From positions 1 through 64,000 of IMG/VR virus record IMGVR_UViG_3300025467_000013: a DNA stretch of 64,000 nucleotides, one strand, 5' to 3'. Source of the DNA: a virus. Of this stretch, positions 30,866-38,773 are shown one piece after another (positions within the stretch are counted from its first letter, which is position 1; each line of letters begins with the position of its first letter). The notes beneath the pieces were generated by a model. That model saw only the letters and a list, made by a program, of their open reading frames with translations, searched no databases and was not told the DNA's origin. A program made the position numbers and the translations under genes.

Positions 30866-30930
30866 CATTATAAAAATAATAGTTCGAGCGATAGCGAAGA
30901 ACAGATGAACGTAGTTCATCTTAACACTGT

Positions 30931-30938
30931 TATAAATA
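30931..30938 (+). promoter_or_regulatory. T4-type late promoter (TATAAATA)
   Basis: Exact T4 late consensus 20 nt upstream of the ATG at 30959. Confidence 0.8.
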
Positions 30939-30958
30939 ATTAATGTTAGGAAATACGT

Positions 30959-31687
30959 ATGCATCTTAGAGAAATAACAAACATTAATGCCCCGAATAAA
31001 GATCTCGAAGAAGGAATATTCTCGTTATTTGGCTTCATGAGAGGAATAATAATGACTCTTGGTGTAGGACAACCATTATACGATGCATATAAAAATATTC
31101 AATCTGCAAAACAACAATACCCCGAAGGTAATGAGCAGAATAGAATAATCGATCATGAACTAACTGCATGTGCTTTAAAGATCGCAGGCATCTTAGCAGC
31201 AAGTAAATTGTTTGCGTCGATAGCTGATTTCGTAAAAATATCAAAATTATTTCCTAGACGATCGGTTATTGCAGGATTCATTGACTTTGTGTTGTCACTT
31301 CCGATCGGCGCAGCACAAACAACTGCATTAGGATTGCTTTATAGGTTATTAAACACCCAATCAGGACAAACTTTCCTTGGACAATACATTACAGGGTTAG
31401 CGTTGAGCAGCCAAATTCCTGAAAATACACCGATGTACGAGAAGTTTATCGGTGGATCAATACGACAAGCAGCTGAGTTTATTAATAAATCACTTAAAAA
31501 CTCCACTGGAGTTGATTTAGGTGCATCATCTGGTATAAGCAAATCCGAACCTCAAGGAGGACAACCAGCTCCAGAACCCGAAGTTACTCCGAAGCCAAGA
31601 GTCGCTAATCCAAATGAACCAGTACCGACTACGACCGGTAATGTGTTTACACGGGATCCTGCAACTGGTGAATTGATGTTTAAGTAA
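30959..31687 (+). CDS. Late hypothetical protein, possible internal head/ejected protein
   Basis: 242 aa with a late promoter and AGGA RBS. N-terminus MHLREI...LEE/G, hydrophobic helices, Pro-rich tail. Confidence 0.55.
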   Translation: MHLREITNINAPNKDLEEGIFSLFGFMRGIIMTLGVGQPLYDAYKNIQSAKQQYPEGNEQNRIIDHELTACALKIAGILAASKLFASIADFVKISKLFPRRSVIAGFIDFVLSLPIGAAQTTALGLLYRLLNTQSGQTFLGQYITGLALSSQIPENTPMYEKFIGGSIRQAAEFINKSLKNSTGVDLGASSGISKSEPQGGQPAPEPEVTPKPRVANPNEPVPTTTGNVFTRDPATGELMFK

Positions 31688-31693
31688 TGTTGA

Positions 31694-31930
31694 TTACAGT
31701 AATGGTAGTTGACTTTTAACAGTTGTATCAATATTTTCCTTAACAACTTCGTACATTGCTTCGCGATCATCGGGGCCATATACATGAAGAAGCTCGTAAA
31801 AAGTAACACCGCCTCTCATATACCAGCTTAATCTAGCTAATTCTTCTTTGAATTCTTTTAATTCTGTATCTAACCTAACTAGATAGCCGTTAATTTCCGA
31901 CGATGCTAATCTAATTAGGTGCGAACGAAA
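31694..31930 (-). CDS. gp51-like C-terminal extension, probably reached by -1 frameshift from gp26-like (not in ORF track)
   Basis: 78 open codons in the -1 frame from the TTTTTTC slippery site (FRSHLIRL...LARLSWYMRGGVT...LPLL*). First ATG only at codon 38, without a clear RBS. Confidence 0.7.
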   Translation of the reverse strand, partial: FRSHLIRLASSEINGYLVRLDTELKEFKEELARLSWYMRGGVTFYELLHVYGPDDREAMYEVVKENIDTTVKSQLPLL

Positions 31931-32742
31931 AAATTCGATTGGTCCATTTCGATAATAATAGTATTTGTTGATTCACATTCTACGCATACTACGGATTTTT
32001 GAGGTGCGCTCCATAAAGATTGATTACTTTGCAAATGAGTTTTAAGTGTAAGTATTGTTTCGGAGTCGATATTTTCTAACCATTCTTTAATATAAGCCTG
32101 TTCTACTACGGTAGTTGTACTAGTCTTAACAGATTCGATTGAAAAAGCGTAGATTTCGTTTTGTAAATCTGATAATTCTGAGAAAATTCTAGTTAATTCT
32201 TTACCTCTTTCGACTTCGTCGGCGATATCAGGTACTTGTTTTAACTGTTGTTGTATTTGAAAGTTAGAAACTGAAATATTTGTTGACTGTCTATAGTTTA
32301 ACGGGCGGGTATTAATAACTAAATCTTTTATAATTAATCGATTATTATATGATTTTGCCTTATAATCGTCGATTAATGATGGTAACTCGATGTCATATTC
32401 ATTTTCTGCTTTGCATGAAGGACATACATGTGATACTGGGTAAGTAGTACCAAACGATGCAATCTTAATAGCAATTAGTAAAGTATTAAGATCTAACATG
32501 TTCACATCCCAAGCATCCTTAATTGTTGGGCAGCAACTCTCGATAACTTTCACTACCGACTCGCCTATTAACAATGCATCGGGCGTCTTTAGTAGCATTT
32601 CATCCATTCCGGTCATGCTATACACTGGCATATTTTCGATAGCTCCGTGAATAGTATCTTTATTGTAATAAAGACCATGTGAAGGCAAATCAATAAAAAT
32701 TTTTGGCTGTCTAAAATACTGTTGTAATGGATTTTGGCTCAT
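31915..32742 (-). CDS. gp26: Baseplate hub assembly/tail chaperone (gp26-like)
   Basis: LPS.G.YY, MT..DE, D...LLIAI.IAS.G, two CxxC motifs (CPSC, CVEC), C-terminal NFF. Confidence 0.75.
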   Translation of the reverse strand: MSQNPLQQYFRQPKIFIDLPSHGLYYNKDTIHGAIENMPVYSMTGMDEMLLKTPDALLIGESVVKVIESCCPTIKDAWDVNMLDLNTLLIAIKIASFGTTYPVSHVCPSCKAENEYDIELPSLIDDYKAKSYNNRLIIKDLVINTRPLNYRQSTNISVSNFQIQQQLKQVPDIADEVERGKELTRIFSELSDLQNEIYAFSIESVKTSTTTVVEQAYIKEWLENIDSETILTLKTHLQSNQSLWSAPQKSVVCVECESTNTIIIEMDQSNFFVRT

Positions 32743-32752
32743 TCTATCTCCA

Positions 32753-32779
32753 GCTAAATATACAATATTCGTATTTATA
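32753..32779. promoter_or_regulatory. Bidirectional late promoter pair
   Basis: GCTAAATA on + at 32753-32760 (for tape measure) and TATAAATA on - at 32772-32779 (for gp26-like). Confidence 0.6.
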
Positions 32780-32804
32780 TGCGCATTTTTAGGATTTTTT
32801 ACTT

Positions 32805-35078
32805 ATGGCAAATGAATTAACTCCAGAAAGTTTACGTAACGTACTGTTAGATGTAATAGGTATGTCGGGAACAAGTGGTAGAACCGCCCCTGATGTGAAA
32901 GGAGACTTAGACTGGACTAATCTACAAGATGGCATTGGAAAAACTGCTGGAGCAGCAGGAGTATTGGGTGCAGGCCTGATTAGCGGTAGTAACGCACTTG
33001 GAAAGATTGTACAAGGCTCGTATAGTGCAGGCGATGCGTTAGGTGACATGAATGGAATTGTTGGTGCAGTTGGTGGTAGACTTGGCGAATTTGGTACAGG
33101 ATTAGCAAATGGGCTGAAGAACATTAGTACCACCGCAGTAGAAGTAAACAACAACCTTAAAAAACTTTCTAACAATGGTGTTTATTTTGCAAATGACTTA
33201 GGGAAGTACAGCCAATTAGTTACTGGTGCTAGAACAAGCATGGATCATTTTAATGATCTAGTTACAAAGAACGGTTCTAGTCTAGGGTCGTTTGGCGGTA
33301 ACATGGATCAAGCTGCTGAAAATTATTTAAAATTAGCGCGAGATTTACAACAAAATCCTATAGCAAGTCAACTTGAAAAGACCGGGATGGATATTGACGA
33401 ACTAGGTGATACGTTATTAGCAATCACTGTTCGCTCGAGGAATCTTAATTTGCAAGATGATGCTGCTAAAAGACGGGCAATCGAAGCCTCGTTGAGTCTC
33501 TCGGTCGAAATGGATAATATGTCTCGACTAACAGGTATCAGTCGTCGTGAAATGGAAGACAAGATGCAAAAAGATCGAGAGTCAGCCGCGGCAAAGATTG
33601 CAGAAGCAAGGATGACGCCTGAACAACGTGCAGCGTACGAAAAAGTAAAAGCAGATGCTCTCGCAGCCGGCGGCGATAAAGCTATGACAGTAGCAGCAGA
33701 AGCATTTAGGAATCAAATTTTTGGATTCGGAGGTACAATCGCATCGAAAGCAGGTACAGAAGCAATGCAAGCAGCACCTGAACAGATGGCAATGTATCAA
33801 AACATTGGTATTATGCAAGCCCAAGGGCAAGATACTAACAGACAATTAGCTAAAGTAATAACATCGCAAGAAAACTTATTACAAAGTCAAGATGCTGCGG
33901 TTGCCGCAGCAGGTATGAGTGATTCAGAAAGAACTGCATACTTAGGAGACATTGCATCGCGAGGCGCACTTGCTGAAAAAGTAAAAGAAGCACAAGGTGA
34001 TCCTCAAAGACTAGCTGAATTAATTGCAGCAGAAACTAAAAAAGCATCTGATCAGCGAAAAGAAAATGTTCCGGGACAAAAACCCGAAGATGCATCTGCA
34101 CTGAGCAATGCTATTAATATGGCTGATCGAAGTGTTAGAGACTTTGGTGCAGCAATTGGCACTATGATGCCGGACCTTAATAAATCAGTTGGACAATCTG
34201 TAAATGAGTTTAATTTGCTTACTAAAGCGATACAATTAGCAAGATCGAGTCCCGAAGAAGTTAAGAAGACTGCGGGACTGGGCAACGTTGAAAATATTTT
34301 TAAGGGTGAAACCGAAGGAAGGGCTAATGGATCTTTAGGATCTACTGGTAACTGGATTGAAGACTTTGGTGCAGGCACATTAATGGAACTGCATGGTAAA
34401 GAAGGTGTTGTAACTGAAGGACAATTTAATAATCTAAAAGAACAAATTGAAAGTATTATGACTAGTAACGGAGTAGTACCAACCGTTAGTAATTTTAGTA
34501 CTGACGATTTTCTTTCGCAGATTAAAACTGCAACTAATCCATTACCTATAAACGATAGCGGAATATTTAACGATTTCCTCTCTCAAGTTAAAACTACAAA
34601 TAATGAATCACCTAAGGAAGAAAACGGGTTCTTTAATGATATTACTAACATGTTTTATGATGTTGGTAATATTGCAGGTAAAATGTTCGACGAAGTTACT
34701 ACTACAACAAAAACTCTAGGAGACAATGTTAAGTACCAACCAACAAAAAACGAGTTAACTCCTGCTGAACAAGAAGCAAAACTTCGCGCATTAAACACTC
34801 CGGAAAAAATTGCAGAAAAACGAGCTGCTCTAGAAAAAGAACAAGCAAATAAAAAAATCGAAGAACAAAAAGCAAAAGCGCAGAAAAATCGCGAAAATGC
34901 CAACCCGGAAGAATCTAAAAAAGAACCAGTGCCGGCAAATGTATCCCTAAACGATCTTCGAGATCAATTGATTGAATTAAATAAAAATGTAAAAGACCTA
35001 ATTACTCATACTGATCGTGTTGCAGACCATACTGGAAGGCAACTTACTGAGACGCGGAAAGGCGGCAGTAGAATATAA
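32805..35078 (+). CDS. Tail tape measure protein (probable)
   Basis: 757 aa, Ala/Gln-rich helical, LS.LTG.SR motif, RANGS...ELHGKEGVV motif common in tape-measure C-termini; next to the gp26-like chaperone. Confidence 0.7.
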   Translation: MANELTPESLRNVLLDVIGMSGTSGRTAPDVKGDLDWTNLQDGIGKTAGAAGVLGAGLISGSNALGKIVQGSYSAGDALGDMNGIVGAVGGRLGEFGTGLANGLKNISTTAVEVNNNLKKLSNNGVYFANDLGKYSQLVTGARTSMDHFNDLVTKNGSSLGSFGGNMDQAAENYLKLARDLQQNPIASQLEKTGMDIDELGDTLLAITVRSRNLNLQDDAAKRRAIEASLSLSVEMDNMSRLTGISRREMEDKMQKDRESAAAKIAEARMTPEQRAAYEKVKADALAAGGDKAMTVAAEAFRNQIFGFGGTIASKAGTEAMQAAPEQMAMYQNIGIMQAQGQDTNRQLAKVITSQENLLQSQDAAVAAAGMSDSERTAYLGDIASRGALAEKVKEAQGDPQRLAELIAAETKKASDQRKENVPGQKPEDASALSNAINMADRSVRDFGAAIGTMMPDLNKSVGQSVNEFNLLTKAIQLARSSPEEVKKTAGLGNVENIFKGETEGRANGSLGSTGNWIEDFGAGTLMELHGKEGVVTEGQFNNLKEQIESIMTSNGVVPTVSNFSTDDFLSQIKTATNPLPINDSGIFNDFLSQVKTTNNESPKEENGFFNDITNMFYDVGNIAGKMFDEVTTTTKTLGDNVKYQPTKNELTPAEQEAKLRALNTPEKIAEKRAALEKEQANKKIEEQKAKAQKNRENANPEESKKEPVPANVSLNDLRDQLIELNKNVKDLITHTDRVADHTGRQLTETRKGGSRI

Positions 35079-35098
35079 ATTAGGATAAGGAATAATAA

Positions 35099-36853
35099 AT
35101 GTCTTGGAAAAAATACTTCTCACCGGTGTCTACTAGCGAATATCTGAGCCCAATTGCTGGCAATTCAACAGCAAAAAGTGGTCCCGCAAAAACGAATTTT
35201 TCGAGCTATCTGCCAGATGTGTACACGGGTAGCCCTAACCGTATTGAAAGATATCAGCAATACGAAGTTATGGACAGTGACCCAGAAGTAAATGCAGCAT
35301 TAGATATTCTTGCTGAATTCTGTACACAAAAATTAAAAGATGGTAAAACTCCGTTTAGTGTTCAATGGCGACATAAAGCAACTAATAGTGAAGTTAGAAT
35401 ACTATCTGAATATCTACAGCAGTGGACAAAATTACAAAAATTCGATGTTCGTATCTTTAGAATTATGCGTAACGTCTTTAAGTACGGTGATGTATTCTTT
35501 ATTCGAGATCCAGAGAATCAAAAATGGAGTTACGTTGATCCTACTAAAGTTACAAAAATTATTGTAAATGAAAGCGATGGAAAGAAGCCGGAGCAGTATA
35601 TTATCAAAGACCTTGCTCCTAATTTTGTCGATTTAGTTGCAACACAAATTACACCGAATATTACTACAAATCAGTCAAATGGCGCAGTAATTACTGCTAG
35701 TGCATACATTGGTGCAGGTGGCCAAAGCAGAGGCGGTTCCGGTGCGTATCCTCAATCTAATTCAGGATCTAGATTTGGCTTAGGCGATACAGAAAATGCA
35801 ATCGATTCTGAACATGTTGTACATTTAAGTCTATCAGAAGGATTAGATAATAACTACCCGTTTGGTAATAGTTTACTGGAAAACATCTTTAAAGTCTACA
35901 AACAAAAAGAATTATTAGAAGATGCAATCTTAATTTATCGTATTCAACGTGCTCCGGAACGTAGAGTATTCCATATCGACGTTGGGAATATGCCAGGGCA
36001 CATGGCAATGGCATTTGTTGAACGAGTTAAAAACGAAATTCACCAACGCCGTATTCCAAGTCAAACAGGAGGCGGCGCAAATGTTATTGATAGCGCATAC
36101 AATCCATTATCGATCAATGAAGATTACTTCTTCCCGCAAACCGCTGAAGGACGCGGATCTAAAGTAGAAACATTACCGGGCGGTACTAACCTAGGCGAAA
36201 TCGACGACTTGAAGTATTTTACAAATAAATTATTCCGTGGATTAAGAATTCCTAGTTCTTATTTGCCTACTGGTGCAGACGACAGTCAAACAAATTATAA
36301 TGATGGCCGTGTAGGAACAGCATACATTCAAGAATTACGTTTTAACAAGTATTGCGAACGCCTACAAGCCCTTGTAACAGCAGTTTTTGACGAAGAGTTC
36401 AAAATGTATATGTATACAAGAGGTGTAAACATTGATGCTAATCTATTCGAATTAAAATTTAATCCACCATTGAATTTTGCAAGTACAAGACAAAGTCAAC
36501 TTGATAGTGAACGAATTAATACATTTAATACTATTCAAGCAATTCCGTTTATGAGTAAGAGATTTGCATTAAAACGATTCTTAGGCATGACTGACGAAGA
36601 AGTTGCGGAAAACGAACGTTATTGGGCAGAAGAAAACGGTAAAGGCGCGCCGACATATACTGATGCAGCAGGAGAAATGCGTAGCGCAGGATTATCGGCT
36701 GCTGGAATCGAAGGTGATATGGGAGAAGCAAGTGATTTAGAACCACCTGAAGACATGGAAGGTATGGAAGGAGCCGGAGAGCAAGGTGGGGCACCTGGTG
36801 GCGCATCACCGTTGGGCGGAGCAGGGGCACCGCCAGTTGCGCCAGGAGCATAA
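35099..36853 (+). CDS. gp20: Portal protein
   Basis: LLEDAILIYRIQRAPERRVFHIDVGNMP, EDYFFP...GRGS.VETLPGG.NLG.IDD..YF, L.IP.S. Confidence 0.97.
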   Translation: MSWKKYFSPVSTSEYLSPIAGNSTAKSGPAKTNFSSYLPDVYTGSPNRIERYQQYEVMDSDPEVNAALDILAEFCTQKLKDGKTPFSVQWRHKATNSEVRILSEYLQQWTKLQKFDVRIFRIMRNVFKYGDVFFIRDPENQKWSYVDPTKVTKIIVNESDGKKPEQYIIKDLAPNFVDLVATQITPNITTNQSNGAVITASAYIGAGGQSRGGSGAYPQSNSGSRFGLGDTENAIDSEHVVHLSLSEGLDNNYPFGNSLLENIFKVYKQKELLEDAILIYRIQRAPERRVFHIDVGNMPGHMAMAFVERVKNEIHQRRIPSQTGGGANVIDSAYNPLSINEDYFFPQTAEGRGSKVETLPGGTNLGEIDDLKYFTNKLFRGLRIPSSYLPTGADDSQTNYNDGRVGTAYIQELRFNKYCERLQALVTAVFDEEFKMYMYTRGVNIDANLFELKFNPPLNFASTRQSQLDSERINTFNTIQAIPFMSKRFALKRFLGMTDEEVAENERYWAEENGKGAPTYTDAAGEMRSAGLSAAGIEGDMGEASDLEPPEDMEGMEGAGEQGGAPGGASPLGGAGAPPVAPGA

Positions 36854-36856
36854 ATA
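36849..36856 (+). promoter_or_regulatory. Late promoter-like CATAAATA overlapping portal stop
   Basis: Only 5 nt from the ATG at 36862, so any transcript would be near-leaderless. Confidence 0.4.
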
Positions 36857-36861
36857 AAACT

Positions 36862-37101
36862 ATGATACTTCGAGAGTTATTTTATATCGATCCGGATACA
36901 CGCAGAACTGCAAACGACCTTCGTTATGATGCAGGTCGAGATCTCACCACTATGCGCCGCAAAGATACACGTAAGACCCGATTAACTTTGCGTCAGCTAA
37001 ACGAGTTACGTAAATCCAATGAAGCACACATTCTTGAACAGGAAGCAGAATTAGAATTTATTCATAGCATGTACGGTATGCCACCTGCCCCTGCGGCATA
37101 A
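36862..37101 (+). CDS. Small prohead-associated protein (gp68-like position)
   Basis: 79 aa, MILRELF...DTRKTRLTL.QLN.LRK...MYG, between portal and core protein. Confidence 0.7.
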   Translation: MILRELFYIDPDTRRTANDLRYDAGRDLTTMRRKDTRKTRLTLRQLNELRKSNEAHILEQEAELEFIHSMYGMPPAPAA

Positions 37102-37166
37102 ATAATCCATATTTTTGATAAAACGACATCGTTTTAGGCTATATTGTCTACATTTTTTAAATTAAA

Positions 37167-37174
37167 TGTAAATA
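37167..37174 (+). promoter_or_regulatory. Late promoter variant (TGTAAATA); second candidate CATAAATA at 37097-37104
   Basis: Upstream of the AGGAG RBS and ATG at 37209. Confidence 0.5.
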
Positions 37175-37208
37175 ATATTACAGCCTTGTAACTAACAGGA
37201 GAATTATT

Positions 37209-38129
37209 ATGACTGATCGTGCTCAATTTGAAGCAATGCTTAATGCGCTCATCAACGAGGATGAGGCCGCAGCAAAAGAAATTTTCCACAACATTGTGGT
37301 AGCAAAATCTCGTGAGATTTATGAAGAACTTCTAGAATCAGACTTCGGCCGTGAAGAGGAAGAAGAAGGGGAAGAAGAGGAAGAAGAAGAGGAAGGTGGT
37401 GAAGAGGAAGAAGAAGGATCTGATGATATCGGCGGTGATGCAACTGACGACTTCGTTGGCGATGTTTCTGACGATGAAACCGATTCTGATGCAGGCGAAG
37501 GTGAAGGCGATTTAGAAGATCGTGTTTTAGACCTTGAAGACGCTTTAGAAGAATTAAAAGCTGAATTTGATTCATTAATGGCTGACGAAGCTAACGAACC
37601 AGAACACAATGATGGTGTTGATGATCCAGACTTCGGTGGCGAAGATGACTTTGGTGGCGAAGAAGAACCTGCGTTCGGTGACGAAGAAGGTTCAGATGAG
37701 TTCGGCGGCGAAGAAGAAGAAATGGAAGGTGCAAAAGAAATTCACCACTATCATCACGACGGTGACAAAATGCCACAAGACGAATTCCAAGCATTTATGG
37801 AATACGTTCATAAAGTAGCATTACCGAAACACGGTGACAATGGTGTAAACACTAAGAGTGTTGTTGACAACATGAAGAATGATATGGGCGGTACTAACGC
37901 TAATATCTTAAACGGTGGTACAAGCACTTCGGGCGGTACTAAAGGCGGATTGTTAACTCCATCGACAGATGATTTAACAAAAGGTTTAGGTACAATTCAA
38001 AATCGTCCAGACTCAAAAGCTGGTAAGACTGCGTTCACTAAGAGAGAACCAGGACACGGACCAGAAAAGAAAGGTTCGGGTGAAAAGGCTGATAATACTA
38101 AGAGTATGATCGGCAAGAGAGTAAGATAA
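37209..38129 (+). CDS. Acidic prohead core protein (gp67-like)
   Basis: 306 aa, very Glu/Asp-rich, A..IF..IV..KS N-terminus; between portal and protease. Confidence 0.65.
   Translation: MTDRAQFEAMLNALINEDEAAAKEIFHNIVVAKSREIYEELLESDFGREEEEEGEEEEEEEEGGEEEEEGSDDIGGDATDDFVGDVSDDETDSDAGEGEGDLEDRVLDLEDALEELKAEFDSLMADEANEPEHNDGVDDPDFGGEDDFGGEEEPAFGDEEGSDEFGGEEEEMEGAKEIHHYHHDGDKMPQDEFQAFMEYVHKVALPKHGDNGVNTKSVVDNMKNDMGGTNANILNGGTSTSGGTKGGLLTPSTDDLTKGLGTIQNRPDSKAGKTAFTKREPGHGPEKKGSGEKADNTKSMIGKRVR
37353..37415 (+). repeat. GAA/GAG low-complexity poly-Glu tract
   Basis: Encodes EEEEEGEEEEEEEEGGEEEEE. Confidence 0.85.
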
Positions 38130-38133
38130 TATA

Positions 38134-38760
38134 ATGTTACATCTCCGAGAAAATCTAAGTTTCAACGAAGCAAAAATGGTCGTTGAATCTGATGAAAAGG
38201 AAGGCAAAAACTTGTATATGAGCGGTATTTGTATACAAGGGGGCATACGTAATGCAAATCAACGTGTGTATCCTGTTAGCGAGATCGGAAAGGCTGTAAA
38301 GACTCTTAACGATCAGATTCAAAACGGCTACTCAGTACTCGGAGAAGTAGATCATCCAGACGATTTAAAAATTAATTTAGATCGTGTGAGCCATATGATA
38401 GTAAACATGTGGATGGATGGTCCAAACGGTTATGGTAAGTTGAAAATCTTACCTACACCAATGGGACAATTAATTAAAACTATGCTGGAAAGCGGAGTTA
38501 AATTAGGCGTATCAAGTCGCGGATCCGGAAACGTCAAAGAAGACGGTTCTGGTGAAGTGTCAGATTTTGAGATTATCACAGTAGATATGGTAGCTCAACC
38601 TAGTGCCCCAGGGGCGTACCCTACACCAATCTATGAACATCTTATGAATAATAAAGGTGGGTATAGTGCCTTACGCATAGCGCAAGAGGTTAAAGGTGAC
38701 CCAAAAGCACAAAAATATCTCAAAGAGAGCTTATTAGGAATAATAAGCAAACTCCAATAA
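38134..38760 (+). CDS. gp21: Prohead core protease
   Basis: N.N.RVYP, LGEVDHP, VSH, ILPTPMG, GVSSRGSG, D.VAQPSAP.A. Confidence 0.95.
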   Translation: MLHLRENLSFNEAKMVVESDEKEGKNLYMSGICIQGGIRNANQRVYPVSEIGKAVKTLNDQIQNGYSVLGEVDHPDDLKINLDRVSHMIVNMWMDGPNGYGKLKILPTPMGQLIKTMLESGVKLGVSSRGSGNVKEDGSGEVSDFEIITVDMVAQPSAPGAYPTPIYEHLMNNKGGYSALRIAQEVKGDPKAQKYLKESLLGIISKLQ

Positions 38761-38773
38761 TAAGGAGAATCAC

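Noticed and set aside
30406-30958. Group I intron, group II intron, RNase P, tmRNA, SRP or tRNA identity for the structured element
   Set aside because: CACGACTG/CAGTCC resembles group I P7, but only about 18 nt separate the strands (no room for P3'/P8) and no gene is interrupted. I see no group II domain V, no RNase P GAGGAA.UC / ACA.AA..C.GCUUA pair, and no tRNA cloverleaf or CCA end.
30551-30964. Three short minus-strand ORFs (65, 84, 62 aa) over the structured element
   Set aside because: They overlap each other, have no RBS and no protein-like motifs; the pairing pattern explains the region better.
31552-31809. 85-aa minus-strand ORF from the track as the gp51-like gene
   Set aside because: Wrong frame and overlaps the 242-aa gene. 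The coherent protein is in the frame ending at 31694.
35074-35081. TATAAATT as a late promoter for the portal gene
   Set aside because: It breaks the otherwise invariant TAAATA core and overlaps a stop codon in AT-rich DNA; possible but not supportable.
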